Below, one piece after another: positions 53,290-64,000 of a stretch of DNA of 64,000 bases. Where the stretch lies: NCBI RefSeq assembly GCF_046119375.1, contig NW_027362767.1, forward strand, positions 155,682,001 through 155,746,000, read 5' to 3'. The notes beneath the pieces are model-generated. The model saw nothing but the letters and a program-made list of their open reading frames with translations, did no database searches and was not told the DNA's origin. Within the stretch, counting starts at the first letter, position 1; every line of letters starts with the position of its first letter. This stretch comes from Phyllobates terribilis. Its lineage: Eukaryota. Position numbers and translations under genes: made by a program.

Positions 53290-56200
53290 GATGGATCCTC
53301 ACTTGTGATGTCATGTCACCATAACACAACAGATGGATCCTCACTTGTGATGTCATGTCACCATAACACAACAGATGGATCCTCACTTGTGATGTCAGGT
53401 CACCATAACACAACAGATGAATACTCACTTGTGATGTCAGGTCACCATAACACAACAGATGGATTCTCACTTGTGATGTCAGGTCACAAGAACACAACAG
53501 ATGGATCCTCACTTGTGATGTCAGGTCACCATAACACAACAGATGAATACTCACTTGTGATGTCAGGTCACCATAACACAACAGATGGATCTTCACTTGT
53601 GATGTCAGGTCACCATAACACAACAGATGGATCCTCACTTGTGATGTTAGGTCACCATAACACAACAGATGGATCTTCACTTGTGATGTCAGGTCACCAT
53701 AACACAACAGATGGATCTTCACTTGTGATGTCAGGTCACCATAACACAACAGATGGATCTTCACTTGTGATGTCAGGTCACCATAACACAACAGATGGAT
53801 CCTCACTTGTGATGTCAGGTCACCATAACACAACAGATGGATCTTCACTTGTGATGTCAGGTCACCATAACACAACAGATGGATCTTCACTTGTGATGTC
53901 AGGTCACCATAACACAACAGATGGATCTTCACTTGTGATGTCAGGTCACCATAACACAACAGATGGATCTTCACTTGTGATGTCAGGTCACCATAACACA
54001 ACAGATGGATCCTCACTTGTGATGTCATGTCACCATAACACAACAGATGAATACTCACTTGTGATGTCAGGTCACCATAACACAACAGATGGATCCTCAC
54101 TTGTGATGTCAGGTCACCATAACACAACAGATGAAAACTCACTTGTGATGTCAGGTCATCATAACACAACAGATGGATCTTCACTTGTGATGTCAGGTCA
54201 CCATAACACAACAGATGGATCCTCACTTGTGATATCATGTCACCATAACACAACAGATGGATCCTCACTTGTGATGTCAGGTCACTATAACACAACAGAT
54301 GAATACTCACTTGTGATGTCAGGTCACCATAACACAACAGATGGATTCTCACTTGTGATGTCAGGTCACAAGAACACAACAGATGGATCCTCACTTGTGA
54401 TGTCAGGTCACCATAACACAACAGATGGATTCTCACTTGTGATGTCAGGTCACAAGAACACAACAGATGGATCCTCACTTGTGATGTCAGGTCACCATAA
54501 CACAACAGATGAATACTCACTTGTGATGTCAGGTCACCATAACACAACAGATGGATCTTCACTTGTGATGTCAGGTCACCATAACACAACAGATGGATCT
54601 TCACTTGTGATGTCAGGTCACCATAACACAACAGATGGATCTTCACTTGTGATGTCAGGTCACCATAACACAACAGATGGATCTTCACTTGTGATGTCAG
54701 GTCACCATAACACAACAGATGGATCTTCACTTGTGATGTCAGGTCACCATAACACAACAGATGGATCCTCACTTGTGATGTCAGGTCACCATAACACAAC
54801 AGATGGATCTTCACTTGTGATGTCAGGTCACCATAACACAACAGATGGATCTTCACTTGTGATGTCAGGTCACCATAACACAACAGATGGATCCTCACTT
54901 GTGATGTTAGGTCACCATAACACAACAGATGGATCTTCACTTGTGATGTCAGGTCACCATAACACAACAGATGAAAACTCACTTGTGATGTCAGGTCACC
55001 ATAACACAACAGATGGATCTTCACTTGTGATGTCAGGTCACCATAACACAACAGATGGATCCTCACTTGTGATGTCATGTCACCATAACACAACAGATGG
55101 ATCTTCACTTGTGATGTCAGGTCACCATAACACAACAGATGGATACTCACTTGTGATGTCAGGTCACCATAACACAACAGATGAAAACTCACTTGTGATG
55201 TCAGGTCACCATAACACAACAGATGGATACTCACTTGTGATGTCAGGTCACCATAACACAACAGATGGATCTTCACTTGTGATGTCAGGTCACAAGAACA
55301 CAACAGATGGATCTTCACTTGTGATGTCAGGTCACCATAACACAACAGATGAAAACTCACTTGTGATGTCAGGTCACCATAACACAACAGATGGATACTC
55401 ACTTGTGATGTCAGGTCACCATAACACAACAGATGGATCTTCACTTGTGATGTCAAGTCACCATAACACAACAGATGGATCTTCACTTGTGATGTCAGGT
55501 CACCATAACACAACAGATGGATCCTCACTTGTGATGTCATGTCACCATAACACAACAGATGGATCTTCACTTGTGATGTCAGGTCACCATAACACAACAG
55601 ATGGATACTCACTTGTGATGTCAGGTCACCATAACACAACAGATGAAAACTCACTTGTGATGTCAGGTCACCATAACACAACAGATGAAAACTCACTTGT
55701 GATGTCAGGTCACCATAACACAACAGATGAAAACTCACTTGTGATGTCCGATCACCATAACACAACAGATGGATCTTCACTTGTGATGTCAGGTCACCAT
55801 AACACAACAGATGGATCCTCACTTGTGATGTTAGGTCACCATAACACAACAGATGGATCTTCACTTGTGATGTCAGGTCACCATAACACAACAGATGAAA
55901 ACTCACTTGTGATGTCCGATCACCATAACACAACAGATGGATCTTCACTTGTGATGTCAGGTCACCATAACACAACAGATGAAAACTCACTTGTGATGTC
56001 AGGTCACCATAACACAACAGATGGATCTTCACTTGTGATGTCAGGTCACCATAACACAACAGATGGATCTTCACTTGTGATGTCAGGTCACCATAACACA
56101 ACAGATGGATCCTCACTTGTGATGTCATGTCACCATAACACAACAGATGAATACTCACTTGTGATGTCAGGTCACCATAACACAACAGATGGATCCTCAC

Positions 56201-59200
56201 TTGTGATGTCAGGTCACCATAACACAACAGATGAAAACTCACTTGTGATGTCAGGTCATCATAACACAACAGATGGATCTTCACTTGTGATGTCAGGTCA
56301 CCATAACACAACAGATGGATCCTCACTTGTGATATCATGTCACCATAACACAACAGATGGATCCTCACTTGTGATGTCAGGTCACTATAACACAACAGAT
56401 GAATACTCACTTGTGATGTCAGGTCACCATAACACAACAGATGGATTCTCACTTGTGATGTCAGGTCACAAGAACACAACAGATGGATCCTCACTTGTGA
56501 TGTCAGGTCACCATAACACAACAGATGGATTCTCACTTGTGATGTCAGGTCACAAGAACACAACAGATGGATCCTCACTTGTGATGTCAGGTCACCATAA
56601 CACAACAGATGAATACTCACTTGTGATGTCAGGTCACCATAACACAACAGATGGATCTTCACTTGTGATGTCAGGTCACCATAACACAACAGATGGATCT
56701 TCACTTGTGATGTCAGGTCACCATAACACAACAGATGGATCTTCACTTGTGATGTCAGGTCACCATAACACAACAGATGGATCTTCACTTGTGATGTCAG
56801 GTCACCATAACACAACAGATGGATCTTCACTTGTGATGTCAGGTCACCATAACACAACAGATGGATCCTCACTTGTGATGTCAGGTCACCATAACACAAC
56901 AGATGGATCTTCACTTGTGATGTCAGGTCACCATAACACAACAGATGGATCTTCACTTGTGATGTCAGGTCACCATAACACAACAGATGGATCCTCACTT
57001 GTGATGTTAGGTCACCATAACACAACAGATGGATCTTCACTTGTGATGTCAGGTCACCATAACACAACAGATGAAAACTCACTTGTGATGTCAGGTCACC
57101 ATAACACAACAGATGGATCTTCACTTGTGATGTCAGGTCACCATAACACAACAGATGGATCCTCACTTGTGATGTCATGTCACCATAACACAACAGATGG
57201 ATCTTCACTTGTGATGTCAGGTCACCATAACACAACAGATGGATACTCACTTGTGATGTCAGGTCACCATAACACAACAGATGAAAACTCACTTGTGATG
57301 TCAGGTCACCATAACACAACAGATGGATACTCACTTGTGATGTCAGGTCACCATAACACAACAGATGGATCTTCACTTGTGATGTCAGGTCACAAGAACA
57401 CAACAGATGGATCTTCACTTGTGATGTCAGGTCACCATAACACAACAGATGAAAACTCACTTGTGATGTCAGGTCACCATAACACAACAGATGGATACTC
57501 ACTTGTGATGTCAGGTCACCATAACACAACAGATGGATCTTCACTTGTGATGTCAAGTCACCATAACACAACAGATGGATCTTCACTTGTGATGTCAGGT
57601 CACCATAACACAACAGATGGATCCTCACTTGTGATGTCATGTCACCATAACACAACAGATGGATCTTCACTTGTGATGTCAGGTCACCATAACACAACAG
57701 ATGGATACTCACTTGTGATGTCAGGTCACCATAACACAACAGATGAAAACTCACTTGTGATGTCAGGTCACCATAACACAACAGATGAAAACTCACTTGT
57801 GATGTCAGGTCACCATAACACAACAGATGAAAACTCACTTGTGATGTCCGATCACCATAACACAACAGATGGATCTTCACTTGTGATGTCAGGTCACCAT
57901 AACACAACAGATGGATCCTCACTTGTGATGTTAGGTCACCATAACACAACAGATGGATCTTCACTTGTGATGTCAGGTCACCATAACACAACAGATGAAA
58001 ACTCACTTGTGATGTCCGATCACCATAACACAACAGATGGATCTTCACTTGTGATGTCAGGTCACCATAACACAACAGATGAAAACTCACTTGTGATGTC
58101 AGGTCACCATAACACAACAGATGGATCTTCACTTGTGATGTCAGGTCACCATAACACAACAGATGGATCTTCACTTGTGATGTCAGGTCACCATAACACA
58201 ACAGATGGATCTTCACTTGTGATGTCAGGTCACCATAACACAACAGATGGATCTTCACTTGTGATGTCAGGTCACCATAACACAACAGATGGATCCTCAC
58301 TTGTGATGTCAGGTCACCATAACACAACAGATGGATCTTCACTTGTGATGTCAGGTCACCATAACACAACAGATGGATCTTCACTTGTGATGTCAGGTCA
58401 CCATAACACAACAGATGGATCCTCACTTGTGATGTTAGGTCACCATAACACAACAGATGGATCTTCACTTGTGATGTCAGGTCACCATAACACAACAGAT
58501 GAAAACTCACTTGTGATGTCAGGTCACCATAACACAACAGATGAAAACTCACTTGTGATGTCAGGTCACCATAACACAACAGATGGATACTCACTTGTGA
58601 TGTCAGGTCACCATAACACAACAGATGGATCTTCACTTGTGATGTCAGGTCACCATAACACAACAGATGAAAACTCACTTGTGATGTCAGGTCACCATAA
58701 CACAACAGATGAAAACTCACTTGTGATGTCCGATCACCATAACACAACAGATGGATCTTCACTTGTGATGTCAGGTCACCATAACACAACAGATGAAAAC
58801 TCACTTGTGATGTCAGGTCACCATAACACAACAGATGGATCTTCACTTGTGATGTCAGGTCACCATAACACAACAGATGAAAACTCACTTGTGATGTCAG
58901 GTCACCATAACACAACAGATGGATCTTCACTTGTGATGTCAGGTCACCATAACACAACAGATGAAAACTCACTTGTGATGTCAGGTCACCATAACACAAC
59001 AGATGGATACTCACTTGTGATGTCAGGTCACCATAACACAACAGATGAAAACTCACTTGTGATGTCAGGTCACCATAACACAACAGATGGATACTCACTT
59101 GTGATGTCAGGTCACCATAACACAACAGATGGATCTTCACTTGTGATGTCAGGTCACCATAACACAACAGATGAAAACTCACTTGTGATGTCAGGTCACC

Positions 59201-59940
59201 ATAACACAACAGATGAAAACTCACTTGTGATGTCCGATCACCATAACACAACAGATGGATCTTCACTTGTGATGTCAGGTCACCATAACACAACAGATGA
59301 AAACTCACTTGTGATGTCAGGTCACCATAACACAACAGATGGATCTTCACTTGTGATGTCAGGTCACCATAACACAACAGATGAAAACTCACTTGTGATG
59401 TCAGGTCACCATAACACAACAGATGGATACTCACTTGTGATGTCAGGTCACCATAACACAACAGATGAAAACTCACTTGTGATGTCAGGTCACCATAACA
59501 CAACAGATGGATACTCACTTGTGATGTCAGGTCACCATAACACAACAGATGGATCTTCACTTGTGATGTCAGGTCACCATAACACAACAGATGAAAACTC
59601 ACTTGTGATGTCAGGTCACCATAACACAACAGATGAAAACTCACTTGTGATGTCCGATCACCATAACACAACAGATGGATCTTCACTTGTGATGTCAGGT
59701 CACCATAACACAACAGATGAAAACTCACTTGTGATGTCAGGTCACCATAACACAACAGATGGATCTTCACTTGTGATGTCAGGTCACCATAACACAACAG
59801 ATGAAAACTCACTTGTGATGTCAGATCACCATAACACAACAGATAGATACTCACTTGTGATGTCAGGTCACCATAACACAACAGATTAATACTCACTTGT
59901 GATGTCAGGTCACCATAACACAACAGATAGATCCTCACTT
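53290..59940. repeat. 42-bp satellite, 6.6 kb (~158 copies)
   Basis: Unit cttgtgatgtcaggtcaccataacacaacagatggatcttca; no length variants, since one frame on each strand stays open throughout. Confidence 0.98.
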
Positions 59941-61333
59941 GTGATGTCACTGTAGCACAAAAAAAGGAAATATCATTTGTGACGTTACCATCACCCAAAA
60001 GACTAAAACTCACTTGTTATGTCATCAGAGTACAACAGATTCAAACTCACTTGTGATGTCACCATAACAGTATATTGACTTCCATGACCACATCATTTAT
60101 GGTTCTCCACAAAATCCCTCACCACTGTGTTGATCCGTCAGTATTAGGCATGTGTAGGAAAGAGCGTATCCCTGCACATGTGATCTAGTAGTCACTGGGA
60201 ACCACTATGTTTTGTTTCAGGTAGCAGCCTTTGTGCAGTTATTAATAAAAATCTAAAAGGAGGCCTCAATGGAGGATTAGAAAAACATGGCTTCTTTCCT
60301 CCAGAAACAGCGCCACACTTGTCCTTAGGCTGTGTCTGGTACTGCAGCTCATCAGAGATAAGTGAGATATGATTCTCTGGCTGTGGGCAGCAATGGGATA
60401 CACTGGTGTGATGCCAACTTCTGTTTTTAAATAAAAGATGACATGTGGCACTATAGAGATCAATGGAACCCGAGTTGTGTTATCATAATTTTTCATGATA
60501 TTTATTATTATATCCTCTCACGACTAATTATTCTACTCATCCATCCTAATAACATTTTCCGTTTCCAATCCTTAATTTCTCAAATTTTCACGTGCTGCAG
60601 GGACGAAGAAAACTGGCGCTATCCTCCATGTCTGTGATGTACAGAGTCACTCGCGGGGACGGTTGAGTCATAGCTCCGTTAACAAAGCGTTCATTAGCAA
60701 TTGGAAAATGTGTTACTAATTAGCAGTTAGCTATATTTATATCAAAATTATTAGCAGCGAGATGGACTTACACATAAATACTTGGCAATATCATCCTGAT
60801 TAATTTGCAGTTACGTGGCATGTAGATGAGAAGACGTCACGAGCACCCGTGCGTTTTACATGATTTGGTGCCTTAAACCAGAAAATAATTTCTATATGAA
60901 GGGAATGGGATAAATGGAGACACTGATTTAAAGGGACAGGACAGAGCAATATTACAGCAAAGGAGTTACGAGCCATGTGTGGTTTGCTGAGTTCTGCATT
61001 GGGCATGTAGGTACAATTGCATTTCTTAAAAAAAAAAAAATGCCCATAAAAGCATATATAGAACAGAAATGTTAAATATATGGTTTTGAGAACCAGCTTT
61101 TGTGTGTAGGTGAGAAAAAATGCACTATTTCTGACTATTATGTGAATTGTATCCTGCATATTATACTAGTTTTCTCCTCTTGTGGTCTCTAGCTCTAATT
61201 TTTAGTCATCTCTGAGCTAGCTGATATTATGTCACCCTTACACAGACATGATGGATTCCTGCTCTCCCATCTCTATGAAGCCCATGTTCAGAAGTACCAA
61301 CACAGGCATAGGTGACATTATACACTAAGCGTT

Positions 61334-61534
61334 GTAGCTGAGAGTCCAGCCTTGGGTAAGACAAAACACATACTGTAAAGTAGTAGCAGCATTGAGAGTG
61401 TTATCACTAAGCAAGGTAGCTGAGAATCCAGCCTTGGGTAAGACAAAACACATACTGTAAAGTAGTAGCAGCATTGAGAGTGTTATGACTAAGCAAGGTA
61501 GCTGAGAATCCAGCCTTGGGTAAGATAAAACCCA
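61334..61534. repeat. 82-bp tandem repeat (2.5 copies)
   Basis: gtagctgaga starts at 61334, 61416 and 61498. Confidence 0.85.
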
Positions 61535-61536
61535 TA

Positions 61537-63636
61537 CAGTGGCTTGAAAAAATATCCCCCCCCCCCCCACAGCCTGATTTTGGTGTTTTGCTATCTCTCA
61601 ACCTGGAATTTCACTGTTTTTCTTGAGTGTTTGCATCAGTTCATGTAAAGAACATGCCTGCAGCTGTGAACATTTGGTTTTCTTTTGCGAAGCAAACAAC
61701 AAATAGGACAAAATAACTGAAAACTTCAGTGTGCATAACTATTCACCCCCCTAAAGTCAGTACTTTGTAGATTCTCCTTTAGTGTCGCTTTGGATAAGTC
61801 TCTTTGAGCTTTCCATATCTCGCCATTGGGATTTTTGCCAATTCCTCAAGGCAAAACTGCTCCAGCTCCTCCAAGTTAGATGGTTTCCTCTGGAGAACAG
61901 CTATCTTCAGGTCTGACCACAGATTCTCATTTGGATTAAGATCTGGGCTGTGACTCGGCCACTCCAAAACATTTACATGTTTCCCCTTAAACCACTCGAG
62001 TGTTGCTTTGGGTTATTGTCTTGTTGGAAGGTGAACCTCCACCCCAGTCTCAAATCACTGACAGACTGAAACAGGATTTGCTCAAGAATATCTCCGTATT
62101 TCGCACCATCCATCTTCCTCTAGACTCAGACCATTTTCCCTGTCACAGCTGCCGAAAAAACATCCCTACAGCATGATGCTGCCACCACCATGTTTCACTG
62201 TGGGGATGGCATTCTTGGGGTGATGAGCTGTGTTGGTTTGGCGCCAGACATAGCATTTACCTTGGTGGCCAAAAAGTTAAATTTTGGTCTCATCTGACCA
62301 CAGCACCTTCCTCCATACATTTGTGGAGCCTCCCACATGTCTTTTGGCAAACTCAAAATGAGCCTTACAATTTTTGTGTGTAAGTAAAGGCTTTTCCCTG
62401 CCCACTCTTCCATAAAGGTCACGTCTATGGAGTGTACGGCTTATTGTGGTTGTTTGGACAGATACTCCAGTCTCTGCTTGAGAACTCTGCAGCTCCTTCA
62501 GGGTTACCTTTGGTCTCTTTGCTGCCTCTCTTATTAATGTCCTCCTTGCCGGGGCTGAGAATTTTGGTGAGCGCCCTCTCTTGACAAGTGTTATGGATCC
62601 CGGTGGTGGAACCTCTGTGCTGCGGTGCAAGGAGGGAGCAGAGGGGCGTAACTAGGTATCAACTCGGACCGACCAAGGTCGTACGGCGGCTCAATCGACT
62701 CTGTGACCAGGGAGGGAACGAGCAGTGGGACCAGATGCTACTCTGGGAACCGACCTTGTATGAGAGCAGGTGACACCCACGGGTCAGAAGGCCGGGACTG
62801 ACCGGTATAGCTGATGAGCACGGCAGGCAAGCTGACGGGTGATCCGGGCAGACGGACTGGCAGGCAAGGCAGGTAACAGGCAGGAGCCTCCAGGTAGGCT
62901 GGCTGGTAGGTACGGCAGGTAACAGGCAGGTGCTTCTAGGTAAGCAGGCTGGCAGGCACGGCAGGTAACAGGCAGGAGCCTCTAGGTAGGCTGGCTGGCA
63001 GGCACGGCAGGTAACAGGCAGGAGCCTCCAGGTAGGCTGGCTGGCAGGCACGGCAGGTAACAGGCAGGTGCTTCCAGGTAAGCAGTTGGGCAGAGCCCAT
63101 AGACAGACTGGCGGACTGGCAGTAGGCAGACTGTCGGGCTGGAGAGTAGACAAGCAGACTTACTGGACTAGTAGTTTGGCTGGCGGGCTGGACTTTTAGT
63201 CTGTAGTCTGGCTGGCGGGCTGGACTTGTAGTCTGGCTGGCTGGCAGGCAGGCTGGACTGGTAGTCAGGGTAGCAGCGGGACCTGAGGGCTGAAGCTGCG
63301 TATCACACACAAAGCTACAACCTTGCACAGGCACCTCCATATTGGAGGAGGTGCCTTTTATAGGGGAAGTCCTCCGGCCATTGGCCGGGGACTTTTTAGG
63401 ACGGTGCGCGCGGCCCCTTTAAGAGGGCGGGAGAGCGCCCTAAGCACGGGGCCAGGGAATCTGCGTGCACCAGCAGCAGCTGCAGGGAGACAAGAAGATG
63501 CCGGAGCAGGACAGCGGCGGTAAGGGGGACGGCGTCTCTGCCGGGCAGGAGGCAGAGACGCTGATGCTACAACAAGTTTGTTGTGTTACCATGTGATTTC
63601 CTTTTAATGATAATGGATTTGATGGTGCTCCGGGGG
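61537..63636 (-). mobile_element. Tc1 transposon (copy C, same family as copy A), split by a solo LTR and truncated on the right
   Basis: TA|CAGTGGCTTGAAAAAATAT left end; transposase remnants VLWSDETKI and [15 protein letters not shown]; Tc1 sequence resumes at 63577-63636 after the LTR. Confidence 0.88.
62589..63571 (-). mobile_element. Solo LTR, 983 bp, inserted in Tc1 copy C
   Basis: TGT...ACA termini; 5-bp TSD ACAAG (62584-62588, 63572-63576); minus-strand CCAAT (~63380) and TATAAAA (~63355-63363); internal tandem repeats at ~62860-63080. Confidence 0.88.
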
Positions 63637-64000
63637 TAACATGGTGTAGTGTGAGTATACATGGTGGTATTGTAACATAGTGTAGTGTGAGTGTTTATGG
63701 AGGCATGGTAACATGGCGTAGTATGAGTGTACATGGAGGTATGGTAACATGGTGTTGTGTGAGTGTACATGGTAGTATTGTAACATAGTGTAGTGTGAGT
63801 GTTTATGGAGGCATAGTAACATGGCGTAGTATGAGTGTACATGGTGGTATGGTAACATGGTGTCGTGTGATGGTATGGTAGAGTGGTGTAGTGTGAGTCT
63901 ACATGGTGGTATGGTAACATGGTGTGTGAGTGTACATAGAGGTATGGTAATATGGTGTAGTGTGAATGTAGATAGAGATAAAATATAGTAACATAGAGGT
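63636..64000. repeat. 36-bp minisatellite running off the window end
   Basis: gtaacatggtgtagtgtgagtgtacatggtggtatg-like units at 63636, 63672 and 63708. Confidence 0.9.

Noticed and set aside
26981-59940. Arrays as CRISPR loci
   Set aside because: Units are directly tandem with no unique spacers, there are no cas genes, and the context is a spliced vertebrate genome.

Overview
Vertebrate genomic DNA, almost certainly a frog; the repeat families recall hyloid frogs such as dendrobatids or bufonids (inference). The left third holds a conserved 1q22-type gene block: RAB25 exon 1 (- strand; the rest of the gene lies left of the window), complete LAMTOR2 (- strand, 4 exons, 125 aa) and complete UBQLN4 (+ strand, 11 exons, 601 aa). 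LAMTOR2 and UBQLN4 are head-to-head across a ~556-bp promoter. Introns and intergenic DNA are packed with DNA-transposon relics (three Tc1 copies; piggyBac-, Kolobok/T2-, Harbinger- and hAT-type MITEs). The right two thirds contain no protein gene I can recognise. About 28 kb there is tandem repeat (20/21-, 31-, 32-, 36-, 37-, 41- and 42-bp units), plus two solo LTRs with perfect 5-bp TSDs and a ~0.9-kb TSD-flanked palindrome centred on a degenerate Penelope-type hammerhead motif. Most notable: (i) a 42-bp satellite visibly born from the neighbouring 37-bp satellite by a 5-bp duplication, now a 6.6-kb indel-free array with >2000-codon ORFs on both strands; (ii) the Penelope/hammerhead palindrome; (iii) hairpin micro-inversions; (iv) a minisatellite made from a transposase start codon. 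I found no system I can claim as a confirmed novelty. All coordinates were read by eye.
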